This document shows, in pieces, positions 1 through 10,071 of a stretch of DNA of 64,000 nucleotides; position 1 is the first letter of the stretch, and the number at the start of each line of letters is the position of its first letter. The stretch lies in IMG/VR virus record IMGVR_UViG_3300022921_001386; one strand, given 5' to 3'. The DNA is from a virus. Below the pieces are notes generated by a model. That model had not been told where the DNA came from, searched no databases, and saw only the letters and a program-made list of their open reading frames with translations. The translations under genes and the position numbers were made by a program.

Positions 1-687
1 TAGTTCGCCATTTTTCTTTGCTTTCCAATAGTCCTTGAGCCAATCTAGTTGACTTTCTGTATAAGTATGAACTGTCTTATCTTTAAGACCTTGTTTGATA
101 TCGCCTTGATCCCCTATAACCCGCGGTGTATAATCCACTCCGTTTTTATCACACCATTGTGCCAAGTATATACATTCATTAAAGTAATCTGCATCTTCGT
201 GAAACATAATGTTTATTTTAAAATTATAGTTAGCATCTAACATAGTTTGTAGATTTTCTCTAACCTGTTTTTTCTGTACTTCTGTACCTTCGCAATGATA
301 ACTAACTGTAGTAAACTCCGTACTACGCATAACAACTTCAAGTTTACGTTTACTATAAAACCCATTGGTAGTTAGTGTTCGTTTCCAATGCGGATATGTT
401 TCTTGTAAATATTCTAAAAACTTAAAAAACTCTGGATTTACAGTAGGTTCACCGCCAGTAAAACTTGCAGCAACTCTAAATCTCTCATTGCGTTTAGAAT
501 TATAAATTTCGCTATATCTTTCTAAACTATCAGCAGTTTTTACTAGTTCATCAAAACTTGCTAGATCACTCCAGTTATTTTTTCGATGTGGTGGACAATA
601 AGTACAAGCAAATGTACATCTACGACCTAGATCCCATATAACCATAAGTTGTTTTTCGGTCTTATCGTCTATACTACATAATCCCAT
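1..687 (-). CDS. Radical SAM protein, WDLGRRC type (partial, runs off the left edge; absent from the ORF track)
   Basis: Manual translation from ATG at 687: MGLCSIDDKTEKQLMVIWDLGRRCTFACTYCPPH...SFTGGEPTVNPEF...LTTNG...VSYHCE...MFHED...PRVIGD, open to position 1. CxxxCxxC and GGEP motifs; clear paralog of 5911..7065. Confidence 0.9.
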   Translation of the reverse strand, partial: MGLCSIDDKTEKQLMVIWDLGRRCTFACTYCPPHRKNNWSDLASFDELVKTADSLERYSEIYNSKRNERFRVAASFTGGEPTVNPEFFKFLEYLQETYPHWKRTLTTNGFYSKRKLEVVMRSTEFTTVSYHCEGTEVQKKQVRENLQTMLDANYNFKINIMFHEDADYFNECIYLAQWCDKNGVDYTPRVIGDQGDIKQGLKDKTVHTYTESQLDWLKDYWKAKKNGEL

Positions 688-1564
688 CTATTTTTCCTAT
701 TTTTTTCTTTGCTTCATTTATAGCCCATGTTTTTTCTAAACACCAAAAACAATCATTGCATTCAGGTAGCTCGTCGCCAGGGCGATAATACTTGTACGAA
801 TCTTCGTATCGGTTATCGACTAGTAGATTTTTTATACCAGATTCAACTGATCTAATATGCATTATATTTCCAAAGGCTTCACAACTACGAGTAACTTCGA
901 GTAAGTCTTCTATATTATACAAAAAATAATCTGCAATAATATCGTCTTTTGTATGATATATAAATGGTTGTACATTTAAAGGATATGAACTATTATTTTG
1001 TTGTCTGTAAGATAATCTATATCCTTGTAGATCTATTTCTGACATATTTCTATCAGGCGAAACATCACCAACTGTACTTAATAATTCAGGATTTCGAGTA
1101 GTAGAACAATATAATGCATCTAAATTATTTGTATATCCAATCCACAATGCATAACTAGAGTTTTCTATTTTGTCTCCTGATTTTAATGTGTCGTTAATAG
1201 GAATAATATCTCCAATTATTCCATATTCTATTTCTGTAGGAATATAATTTTCATGTTCTATAAACTTAATAGTAGGAAACATAGATTTTAACTTTTTAAT
1301 CACTTCTAAACGCACATGTTTTTGCCAAGGTTTTATTTGCCATCCTCTTACATGACTTATTGTATGTATTTCTATCTTTAAATTATGTTTTATTATATAG
1401 TTGCATATATTATAGCATAAAATAGCACTATCGGCGCCACCGGAAATATTAATACCAATCTTTGTCCATGCATCATTAAAAGGAATCGGAACTCCATTTG
1501 CTGTTTCAAAATAATTAAACTCGTTAGATTCTTTATAAATTTGTTTTATATTGTGATTTAACAT
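674..1564 (-). CDS. QueC-like PP-loop ATP pyrophosphatase (copy 1)
   Basis: PP-loop INISGGADSA; C-terminal TRSCE...PECNDCFWC matches the QueC-type Zn-binding arrangement. Confidence 0.8.
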   Translation of the reverse strand: MLNHNIKQIYKESNEFNYFETANGVPIPFNDAWTKIGINISGGADSAILCYNICNYIIKHNLKIEIHTISHVRGWQIKPWQKHVRLEVIKKLKSMFPTIKFIEHENYIPTEIEYGIIGDIIPINDTLKSGDKIENSSYALWIGYTNNLDALYCSTTRNPELLSTVGDVSPDRNMSEIDLQGYRLSYRQQNNSSYPLNVQPFIYHTKDDIIADYFLYNIEDLLEVTRSCEAFGNIMHIRSVESGIKNLLVDNRYEDSYKYYRPGDELPECNDCFWCLEKTWAINEAKKKIGKIDGIM

Positions 1565-2902
1565 TTATTGTCTTTCTATGTTGCAGTCATTTGCAAGTTC
1601 TTTTAAATGAGGGAATGTTGTAAAAAAATCCCATGTAGGATATGTTTTTTGGTATTGCTTGTTTACATAGTTAAGTTTACTAAAGAAAAATTCTGCTTGT
1701 TCAGGTGTTAAACTATCTGGCATATCACTAGTAACGCTTGCAAAATAACCATCTTCATAGTATACATTATGATAGTCTGATGCTAACTGTTTAAATATTT
1801 CATGTGCTTTTTTTATCTTTTCTATTGCGTATTTCTTTGGCAAATATGCAGTTTGCATCCATTCTGGATCTTGTAATGCATTAAATGCTATTTCTACTCT
1901 ATGACGCTTGCCTTCTACATAGTTACTACGGATAGTATCATTTATATATTGTGCCATTTGATCTATATAGGGTAAATTTAAACCTGTAACAACTGTAAAA
2001 CTTCTAACATTATCGACTACACTGTCTGGTTTAATCCAGTTTCCAAAGTTTTTTTGTATTTGATCAAAATCAGCACCATGTCGAACCATTACCTGATCGT
2101 GAGCACCATCTTGGCTTAACATTATTTTTGTTTGCCAACCAGCTGCTTTATATTTTTTAAACATGTTATAAAAACGTTCATTAAGTTTATCTTTACTTGT
2201 ACCGTTTGTTGTTATTTCTATAATTAGTGTCTTGCCTGCTGCAATAGATTCTCTGCCGGCTTCAATAAACTCATCTGCATGATCGTACATTTCGTCATGT
2301 AGTGTAGGTTCGCCGCCTAAATATGCAATATTCATCATATGTCGGCATTCTCTAATAGACTTCTTTGCAAATTCTATAACAGCACTGGTCCATTGTTGTT
2401 TATGTTCGCCCTTATAATATCTACTATCCGCAAGATAGTTTTCATATCCTCTTCCGTCTGACCCATTGGTGTCATAATCCTTGTACCATATTTTTCTTAG
2501 TGTATTACTATTTCCTACCCAACACATGAAGCAGCCTAGATTGCAAGTTGAATTCATCCATAGTTCTATGCGGCTCGGAAGTGCTACATCTGTTGGTATT
2601 GTACGATTATTAAATAGTCCATTATAATTTGGACCATGATGCTGCCGCATACTCAAAATACCGCGCTCTTCTTTTTTCCAACATGTTGTACAATCAGCAT
2701 GTTTTATATTATCATACAAACTTTGTTTGCGCTCTATTAGTTTTGGAAACTTGGTAAAATATTCATTTCCTAACTCAATAAATGCATCTTCATCAAATTG
2801 ATATGGCCATGAATCACAACAAGCCGAAAACTCACCAACTTCAGGTTGAAACTTATAAACAGTGTAACTCATTGGACAATGAAGTTGTGTAAAATCAGTC
2901 AT
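1565..2902 (-). CDS. Radical SAM protein with N-terminal Twitch-like Fe-S domain
   Basis: N-terminal HCPM...ACC...DCTTCWKKE, then CNLGCFMC, LGGEPT and TTNGT. Confidence 0.88.
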   Translation of the reverse strand: MTDFTQLHCPMSYTVYKFQPEVGEFSACCDSWPYQFDEDAFIELGNEYFTKFPKLIERKQSLYDNIKHADCTTCWKKEERGILSMRQHHGPNYNGLFNNRTIPTDVALPSRIELWMNSTCNLGCFMCWVGNSNTLRKIWYKDYDTNGSDGRGYENYLADSRYYKGEHKQQWTSAVIEFAKKSIRECRHMMNIAYLGGEPTLHDEMYDHADEFIEAGRESIAAGKTLIIEITTNGTSKDKLNERFYNMFKKYKAAGWQTKIMLSQDGAHDQVMVRHGADFDQIQKNFGNWIKPDSVVDNVRSFTVVTGLNLPYIDQMAQYINDTIRSNYVEGKRHRVEIAFNALQDPEWMQTAYLPKKYAIEKIKKAHEIFKQLASDYHNVYYEDGYFASVTSDMPDSLTPEQAEFFFSKLNYVNKQYQKTYPTWDFFTTFPHLKELANDCNIERQ

Positions 2903-4235
2903 TGGTAATATCCTCTTCTATATACTTTTTTAATCCTGGTACTACATTACTTATAGATTCGTTTCTTATCTTGTCTAAAGTATTGGTATAGTGTACAAAC
3001 TCTTGCCAATATTCATTGTAATAACTTTTACTATTCATATAGCTGCAAATTCCGTTTTTAATACCATTTGCTGCATACAAATATTTTTTATCAAACTTTT
3101 GTTCTTCAATCCAGTTTACAAAGTTGTCAAACTTTGTAGATAAATGATGCTTGTATTCATCAGGAAGAACTTGTATATTTAAGTGAGGCGGATTGTGAGC
3201 TACGTGATATGTTATTATAGGTTTAATAGAACTATTATTAATTTTTTCAAAGTTACTATGTGTTAGTTTCCATTTCATAAAATCAATCATATGTTCAACA
3301 TTATATGCTGTTACTGTAAATGCTATCCAGGCTTTTATATTAGAGGGTAACTTGTCTATTGTATTTAAATTTTTTAATATTTTATTCCATTTTGCAGGAT
3401 ATCGTTGATATTCTAAAACTTTTTCCATGCCGTCGACACTAACTCCTAATCGTATTTCTTTAAATTTTGTCCATAAGCCAACAACCCTTGGTGGTAATGT
3501 AGTTCCGTTTGTATTATATTCAATTAATATGTTTTTAGCGTACCCATAATCTATACATTTTTGTAAGAAATCGTAATGCCTTTCAATAAGCATAGGTTCG
3601 CCGCCTGCAAAATATACATGTTCTATATTAGGAATATTTTTTTCAAGCTGTTTCCAAAACATTTCACTATTTGGCCAATCAAAATCTTTAGATATAAGTT
3701 TTCCATTTACATTATGTATTTCAATTTCGCCGCTGGTATCGTTAAACGTATGCTTGCCTGTTAGCTTAATCCAATCGTCAAACCATGCACTCGAATCTGA
3801 TGGGCCGCACATTCTGCATTTTAAGTTGCAAAAATTGCCAAATCTTAAATCATAGTATTTTATAGGAGACTTTTCGGTATCTATACTACCATCTTTATTT
3901 GTAGTTGTAAGTGCATCAATAATAGAAAAATCCCACTGCAATCTTTCGTACTGACGTCTACTAGTTAATCCGTTTTCTTCTTCTTGGCGGCATCTGTCAC
4001 ATTCTTCGTTCCACTTACTACTTAACATATTTTTACGTATATCTTTCATTAGCTGACCGTTGCGTGCCTCGCTCAAATCATCTATGCCAACATTATATGC
4101 GGCGCCTGTTTCTTTTCTTACAACACCTTTATTTTTAGTTACATTAGCTTGACAACAAACACGTACATCGCCATTACTACGTGCTGCCTGAAATATCCAC
4201 GGAATAGGACAAAAAGTTTTTTCACCTTTAATCAT
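2895..4235 (-). CDS. Radical SAM protein with N-terminal Twitch-like domain
   Basis: FCPIPW...VCC...ECDRCRQEE; DLRFGNFCNLKCRMC; FAGGEP; YNTNGT; SVDG. Start moved to ATG 4235 (TAATG overlap with the upstream stop). Confidence 0.9.
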   Translation of the reverse strand: MIKGEKTFCPIPWIFQAARSNGDVRVCCQANVTKNKGVVRKETGAAYNVGIDDLSEARNGQLMKDIRKNMLSSKWNEECDRCRQEEENGLTSRRQYERLQWDFSIIDALTTTNKDGSIDTEKSPIKYYDLRFGNFCNLKCRMCGPSDSSAWFDDWIKLTGKHTFNDTSGEIEIHNVNGKLISKDFDWPNSEMFWKQLEKNIPNIEHVYFAGGEPMLIERHYDFLQKCIDYGYAKNILIEYNTNGTTLPPRVVGLWTKFKEIRLGVSVDGMEKVLEYQRYPAKWNKILKNLNTIDKLPSNIKAWIAFTVTAYNVEHMIDFMKWKLTHSNFEKINNSSIKPIITYHVAHNPPHLNIQVLPDEYKHHLSTKFDNFVNWIEEQKFDKKYLYAANGIKNGICSYMNSKSYYNEYWQEFVHYTNTLDKIRNESISNVVPGLKKYIEEDITND

Positions 4236-5380
4236 TAAAAATGCTCCGGTGTTATTAAATGTTCTAACTTGTTCCAAAGCTCACTATTTTTATCCATCCA
4301 ATGTTCTTTTCTAATCTTGTTTAACTGAGCGTCATTTCTTAAAAACAATCCAAAGTTGCCGGGCTGCTTGATCTCATGTATAAGCTGTGCAAATATTTTA
4401 CGGTATAGCACAGTATAGTTTTTTTCAATACTTTGTAAATATTCTAAAATCCAAGGTTTTATATCTTCGTGCAAGTTACGTGGTTGCATCCATTCCGGAC
4501 CGTCAATGACCACACACTCGTGGTACAACTCTTGCTCAATACAAAAATCTAATATCTCGTGAATCTTGTTTACATTATATATACTAAATGCACTATGCAC
4601 ATTTATATGTTGGAAATGTTGTTTGTACCATATGAGATTGTTGTAAACTGTGTCCCATTTACTATCTTTGCGAAGAAACTCATTAAGCTCTCCATAACTA
4701 TCAATACTCAAATCAATATGCACTTTTTTACATTGCTGTAATAGTTTGACTAGTTGTTCATTTGGTAATATACTTACGTTTGTTACTAATAATATACTCA
4801 GCTGACTAAGATTGCATTTGTTAAGTACTTTGATCAACTTATCTTGTTCCATCATTGGCTCACCGCCTAATACTTTTATAAACCTTAAGTCTGATAGATC
4901 ATAATGATTGATAATGGTGTTGTCTGTGATAATGCCTTTTGGTATTTTCCAGCCAAGTTTTTTAGCATCACTATACCAATGTGTACTAAGTTCAGGCATG
5001 CACATTCTACATTTATTATTACACACATTACTTAGAGCCAAATCAATGTTTGTAAGTTTTTTTATTTTTCCTTTACCTTCGGCTTTGGTAGGTAATCCAA
5101 AATCTCCGATGAATCCAGAGTTTATATCAGTACGCATACTTCTAGCACTACTTTTTTCATCATCATAACACTTTTTACACCCGTGAACATACTCATCATT
5201 GGACATTTTTTGTCTAATATAGTTCATATATTCGTGATTAAACGGATCCGGGTGCGCAACATTTAAATCTTCAGGAACTTCTTCTTCTCTAAATACACAA
5301 CATGGCCATATTTGACCATCAGGACGCATTGCCATGTGATGAAATGGCAGCGCACATGCATATTTTGGCATACTAGGCAT
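4235..5380 (-). CDS. Radical SAM protein with N-terminal Twitch-like domain
   Basis: ACALPF...PCC...GCKKCYDDE; CNNKCRMC; LGGEP; SIDS. Start is probably ATG 5380 or 5371. Confidence 0.9.
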   Translation of the reverse strand: MPSMPKYACALPFHHMAMRPDGQIWPCCVFREEEVPEDLNVAHPDPFNHEYMNYIRQKMSNDEYVHGCKKCYDDEKSSARSMRTDINSGFIGDFGLPTKAEGKGKIKKLTNIDLALSNVCNNKCRMCMPELSTHWYSDAKKLGWKIPKGIITDNTIINHYDLSDLRFIKVLGGEPMMEQDKLIKVLNKCNLSQLSILLVTNVSILPNEQLVKLLQQCKKVHIDLSIDSYGELNEFLRKDSKWDTVYNNLIWYKQHFQHINVHSAFSIYNVNKIHEILDFCIEQELYHECVVIDGPEWMQPRNLHEDIKPWILEYLQSIEKNYTVLYRKIFAQLIHEIKQPGNFGLFLRNDAQLNKIRKEHWMDKNSELWNKLEHLITPEHF

Positions 5381-5927
5381 ACCAGTTCTCCGATTGCATC
5401 GGATCAATGCTTAATTCGTTGATGTTTAAATGCTTAGGCTGATCAACTATCCATTTTATATACTCAGCAGCTAGATTAATATCCATAGTTTTTCTGTCTG
5501 GATGCTTTGCTTGATTGTTATCAAGTGTTCCGAGACTGATGTAACTTATTTTAGGGCCGCTTGCCCATATGCCAGTAAGCCCTAACGTATTGCTATAATC
5601 ACGCAATGCTTTCTTTTCAGCATTGTATAACCATGCTCCGCCTTTTTTAACTCTATCAGTAGTACTGCCTATGTTGATAATATGACATTGGTGATTTTCA
5701 AGTATACATTTTTTATAAACAATATCAAGTAAACTGGTTTGATTGAATCTAAACAGCGCACTACAGTTGATAAACACATCATGATGTATCACTGCTTCGG
5801 CACATCTTTCCATATCAACTTTTTTACCAAAGTCGTAACCGGTACTTCTACTAATAAACTCTGCATCGGGATAAATCTTTGCTAATGCTCCAGCTACACC
5901 TGTGTCTTTGTTACCCGTTATGATCAT
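5373..5927 (-). CDS. Compact short-chain dehydrogenase/reductase (SDR)
   Basis: ITGNKDTGVAG nucleotide-binding loop, FINCSA, INIGS and catalytic YNAEK (YxxxK). Confidence 0.85.
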   Translation of the reverse strand: MIITGNKDTGVAGALAKIYPDAEFISRSTGYDFGKKVDMERCAEAVIHHDVFINCSALFRFNQTSLLDIVYKKCILENHQCHIINIGSTTDRVKKGGAWLYNAEKKALRDYSNTLGLTGIWASGPKISYISLGTLDNNQAKHPDRKTMDINLAAEYIKWIVDQPKHLNINELSIDPMQSENWYA

Positions 5928-7065
5928 CTAATACTCCTATGTCTATGTGATTATTTAATACGTTTAATAGTTTGTCTGTTTGCATACTCTTAGGAGCACA
6001 TAATCCACATCCACATGTTTGCTTTGGACAAACAATAGTAGGCATTGTTCCAGTTTGCATTTGTTTTCTCAAATCATCTACTAGTTTTTTACCTTCACTT
6101 ATTTTTCCTATTGCGCCGCGTGTGCCATTAAACTTTGCTTGACATGTTTGATGATGAAATACTTGGTCAGTTTGTTGTTCTAAATGCAAGAAGAACCAGT
6201 TAACACTGCATTTCCACCCTTTGAACTCTCTAAAATCTACAAATGTACTTTTACGTTTTTCTGTGCCGCTGTGTAACATCATGTCTCTACTACCACAACA
6301 AGGACGTCCTATACTACTTCCTAGTTTTTTTGCATTTTTTACAACATCACCTACTGCACTACTAGCATATAGTGCATCATTTTTTTGCCTCCAATAGTTT
6401 TTCATCCACGCTAGTTGTTCTTCATTGTACTGATGAGCAAAGCTAGGTTTGCTATCTGGCTCTTCGCCAATAACTCGCGGAACAAAATCAACACCATGCT
6501 GTTGTAAAAACTCGCATAGCTCTTTGCACTCATCAAAATATTCTGCGTGAAACATAACATTTACACTAACTGTACACTCGTACATATCACCTTGATAATG
6601 CAACTGTAATATTCTATCTTTTACTTGCTGTTTGAGTTTGCCATCGCTTTCACTGTGATAGCTGATAGTAGCATGACAGAAGTTTTCCATTATTGCTTGG
6701 CCCATTTTTTCACTAAATGCGCCATTGCTTGTAAGAGCAAAATCAGCTATCCACTTGTCTTGATATTTTGCTTCGTATTCTTCTTTTAGATATTTTGCAA
6801 AAGGAATAAAATGTGGATTAACTGTGGGCTCGCCGCCTGTAAATCCTACATTTGCTTCTTTGAAGTTGCGATGCTCCATGTATACATCAATGTATTCAAA
6901 CAGAAAATCTACGTTGGCTTTTAGTTCATCTAACGTAGCATGTTTACTAAAGTTGTCGTGCCTGTGGATTGGGCAATAACTACAATCATAGTTGCACCGT
7001 CTTCCAAGATCCCATGTTACTTGAAACAACTTTCCAGTTAACAAATCAATAGTATCAAAACTCAT
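5911..7065 (-). CDS. Radical SAM protein, WDLGRRC type, with C-terminal Cys cluster
   Basis: WDLGRRCNYDCSYC; FTGGEPT; LTSNG; C-terminal PCC...WKC...TC...CPKQTCGCGLC. Confidence 0.9.
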   Translation of the reverse strand: MSFDTIDLLTGKLFQVTWDLGRRCNYDCSYCPIHRHDNFSKHATLDELKANVDFLFEYIDVYMEHRNFKEANVGFTGGEPTVNPHFIPFAKYLKEEYEAKYQDKWIADFALTSNGAFSEKMGQAIMENFCHATISYHSESDGKLKQQVKDRILQLHYQGDMYECTVSVNVMFHAEYFDECKELCEFLQQHGVDFVPRVIGEEPDSKPSFAHQYNEEQLAWMKNYWRQKNDALYASSAVGDVVKNAKKLGSSIGRPCCGSRDMMLHSGTEKRKSTFVDFREFKGWKCSVNWFFLHLEQQTDQVFHHQTCQAKFNGTRGAIGKISEGKKLVDDLRKQMQTGTMPTIVCPKQTCGCGLCAPKSMQTDKLLNVLNNHIDIGVLDDHNG

Positions 7066-7879
7066 TTATTTCCTCAATGACAGATTTTACTTGTTTGTCT
7101 GCCCAATCTCTTTCTTCACACCACCAACACTGTTTGCATTCTGGTATATACATTCCTGCATTGTAATCTCTAAAATGCCCGCAAGACTCTTTTATATTTT
7201 CCATATGATTTATATCGCCTTCACAACTACGTGTTGTGTTGTACAAATCTAATATATTATGTATGTGGTATTGTGCTACAATCCAATCTTTTTTTACAAA
7301 TCTAAAAGGATGGACAAATGTTGATTTTACTTTTCCGCTGTAAAACCATAAATCAGTTAGTTGTCCATCTTCGGCATCTTTGTCTCTATTGGTCATACGG
7401 TCTTCACGCAAGTCATCTGGATTCTTACTTGTAGCATTATATACTGCATCCAAGTTGTATTCCCATGCTGCAAACTTGTTGTAACTTCCTACTATAATCT
7501 GATCGCCACTCTTGCCGTTGATACTTGCTCCTATTACACCGTGTTCTATTTCAGGCGGAATATATGTTGTGTATCTATTTTCAATAATATAAGGAAACAT
7601 GTCTTTTAGTTTGTCAAATACTTGTAAACTAATATAGCCTTGCCAAGGTCTTGTTTCCCAACAACGTTGGTATGTAATAACATCTACTTTTGTAGTTAGA
7701 TTGTTGCGTTGTATGATTGTACACAATAAATATGTTAGCAATGCACTATCGGCACCACCAGAAAGATTAATGCCAATACGCTGCCATTTTTCATCAAACG
7801 GAATAGTTAACTTACTAAAAGTTGTAAGCAGTATATCATTAGAAATATTTTTATATAACGAGTTGTTTGTATCAAACAT
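7055..7879 (-). CDS. QueC-like PP-loop ATP pyrophosphatase (copy 2)
   Basis: INLSGGADSA; TRSCEG...PECKQCWWCEER. Start at ATG 7879 or TTG 7888. Confidence 0.8.
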   Translation of the reverse strand: MFDTNNSLYKNISNDILLTTFSKLTIPFDEKWQRIGINLSGGADSALLTYLLCTIIQRNNLTTKVDVITYQRCWETRPWQGYISLQVFDKLKDMFPYIIENRYTTYIPPEIEHGVIGASINGKSGDQIIVGSYNKFAAWEYNLDAVYNATSKNPDDLREDRMTNRDKDAEDGQLTDLWFYSGKVKSTFVHPFRFVKKDWIVAQYHIHNILDLYNTTRSCEGDINHMENIKESCGHFRDYNAGMYIPECKQCWWCEERDWADKQVKSVIEEINEF

Positions 7880-9206
7880 TTCGTACAACTTCTCCGTTTA
7901 CAAACTTGTAGTTTTCAATATGTTCATTGAAATCTTGTTTCCATATTTTATCTGTTTTTTCGATATACTTCATAAAATCAGTCCAATCAGATTTTTTTGC
8001 ATCGTAGTTTAGAATATATTTCCTTATGTATTCAAGCCCGGCAACTGCACTGGTGATATCTTGCCACATGTCATAGGGCTTTTCTATTCCAACAGTAAAA
8101 TGACTTTTTAACATCCTAGACGAATCTACGTTCTCTCTTCTTTTTTTGTCTACACCAAATATAGCATTACGTGTTTCTTCGATATCATTTAATATAGAAT
8201 TTCTATGCTTCAACAACATCACACTTGGATTTAGATAATCAGGTGTATACACTATACTAACATTAATATAGTTGATGTCAAGTTCTAAAAAACTAAGAAA
8301 TGAATCTTTTATTTCCATAAGCTGATATGTTCCTGTAGTATAGACTACATTAATGTCGCAATGATTATTGTCAACTTGTTTAAAACGATTTATATTTTCT
8401 TTTAGCTTTTGCCAATCACCTTGTCTAAAATATGGATATAGTCTAGGACCTGCATCTAAACTTATTTGAATGTTTACATCACCAAATAAGTTTAATAATC
8501 TGCTCAACTCAACTGCATCAAAGTCTGCATTGAAGTTGCTATGAAAAATGATTTTCATATTTTCAGCGTTGGGATGATCGCCAAGTTTAGCTAATGTAGG
8601 AAAGAACTGTTTTTGGTACAACACTTCGCCGCCGGCAAAATCTACTCTTTCAAGGTTTGGAAAGTTGGTGTTAAGATCTTCAACTATTTCTAAAGCACGA
8701 GCTGTGCTAATACTTATAGTGTAATCATCATCTGCATCCTGTCGATGCATTTGTCCAGTTAGCTGTATTAGATTGTGTTTATAATCTTCGTCGTCAGGTG
8801 TGTATTTTTTTAACTTGGACATCCAACCGCTGCTGAATACTTGACTACAATGCAAACAACTCATATTACAACTATGACTGAAACGCATTTCGATTGTTTT
8901 CAATCCTTCAAATGCTGTTTCACCAGTTTCGTGATTATAATATTGTAAATCAACACCTTGTTCTTGACGCATACTCTTGCCTGCATTTGCTTGTTCAACA
9001 TGCTCGCACATATTACAACCTTTGCACCAAGTTCCGCTCATTAGTTTTTTACGATGATTTTTAAAGTTTTCATTATTGAAAAACTTGCTTGGCAGGTATT
9101 CCTCATCTAGCATTTGAAACTTTTCGTGTTGTGTAGGACAACTGGTTACAAATCCATTTTTAAAGTTGATTCCGCTTATAGCATAATAGCAATCTAAACT
9201 AGCCAA
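7872..9206 (-). CDS. Radical SAM protein with N-terminal Twitch-like domain
   Basis: DCYYA...TSC...GCNMCEHVE; EMRFSHSCNMSCLHC; FAGGE; SLDAG. Confidence 0.88.
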   Translation of the reverse strand: MASLDCYYAISGINFKNGFVTSCPTQHEKFQMLDEEYLPSKFFNNENFKNHRKKLMSGTWCKGCNMCEHVEQANAGKSMRQEQGVDLQYYNHETGETAFEGLKTIEMRFSHSCNMSCLHCSQVFSSGWMSKLKKYTPDDEDYKHNLIQLTGQMHRQDADDDYTISISTARALEIVEDLNTNFPNLERVDFAGGEVLYQKQFFPTLAKLGDHPNAENMKIIFHSNFNADFDAVELSRLLNLFGDVNIQISLDAGPRLYPYFRQGDWQKLKENINRFKQVDNNHCDINVVYTTGTYQLMEIKDSFLSFLELDINYINVSIVYTPDYLNPSVMLLKHRNSILNDIEETRNAIFGVDKKRRENVDSSRMLKSHFTVGIEKPYDMWQDITSAVAGLEYIRKYILNYDAKKSDWTDFMKYIEKTDKIWKQDFNEHIENYKFVNGEVVRNV

Positions 9207-10071
9207 TGATTTTCTCCCATAGACTTTGCTTTGATATATCTAACAAAAATCCTTGTGCATTATTTTTACCCCATTCTTTTTCTTGACAGAAAAAACAGGT
9301 TCCGCATTCTGGAGGATATTTTGTTTTATAATCTTTTTCTATTTCAACTAAACTAATTTCGCAACTTCGTGTTAACTTTAATAAATCATCTAGTCTATAG
9401 TTAATGTACTGTGCCATTGTATAGTTTTTTCTAAGAAGTCCAAATGGATTAATGCAGGACCCTGTAATAACCCAATCCCAGTTATCCTTAACAACTGTTT
9501 CATCTCGAAACTCAGGAGCCTGATCATTGTCTATTGGGGGATTCATAGTTGTTCCGCTATATACCCATTCGTAGTTATAAGATTTTATTAAATATTCCTG
9601 ATAACTATGTGTTATTAACACATCGCATTTTGCCATTGAAGGTAATGTCAAGTTGGGTAGATTTAGATTTTTTAAAGGCACAGTTTCAAATTCGTGTGGC
9701 AAGAATCCCCAATGCTGCATACCAATGATATTTGGAAACTGTTTTTTTAGATATCCGAATGCATCTTCTGCCATTGGTTTTAGCCAAGGCTTTTGTTCCC
9801 AAAAACGTACCATTGTATATACATCTATTTTTGTTTTGAGGTTTTCTCTTTTAATAAGTGTACACAACATATAAAGTAATAAACTACTGTCGGCGCCGCC
9901 GCTAAATGCTACTAATATTTTTTTTGCATGGTTATCAAGATGTATAGGCAGACCGTTTATCCTGTATACATTAGGATATCTGCGAGGGTATTGCGTTTTT
10001 TCATACTGCTCAATAAAATCTTGTTTTTTATAATGCAGTTCTAAGTAATCTAAATACTTAAAATCATCCAT
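9199..10071 (-). CDS. QueC-like PP-loop ATP pyrophosphatase (copy 3)
   Basis: VAFSGGADSS; TRSCE...PECGTCFFCQEK. Confidence 0.8.
   Translation of the reverse strand: MDDFKYLDYLELHYKKQDFIEQYEKTQYPRRYPNVYRINGLPIHLDNHAKKILVAFSGGADSSLLLYMLCTLIKRENLKTKIDVYTMVRFWEQKPWLKPMAEDAFGYLKKQFPNIIGMQHWGFLPHEFETVPLKNLNLPNLTLPSMAKCDVLITHSYQEYLIKSYNYEWVYSGTTMNPPIDNDQAPEFRDETVVKDNWDWVITGSCINPFGLLRKNYTMAQYINYRLDDLLKLTRSCEISLVEIEKDYKTKYPPECGTCFFCQEKEWGKNNAQGFLLDISKQSLWEKIIG

Noticed and set aside
1-10071. Calling the QueC-like/radical SAM pairs a canonical queC-queE (preQ0/queuosine) pathway
   Set aside because: Three divergent copies; the partner radical SAM is longer than QueE and has extra Cys clusters; no folE, queD or dpdA in the window. 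Gene symbols withheld.
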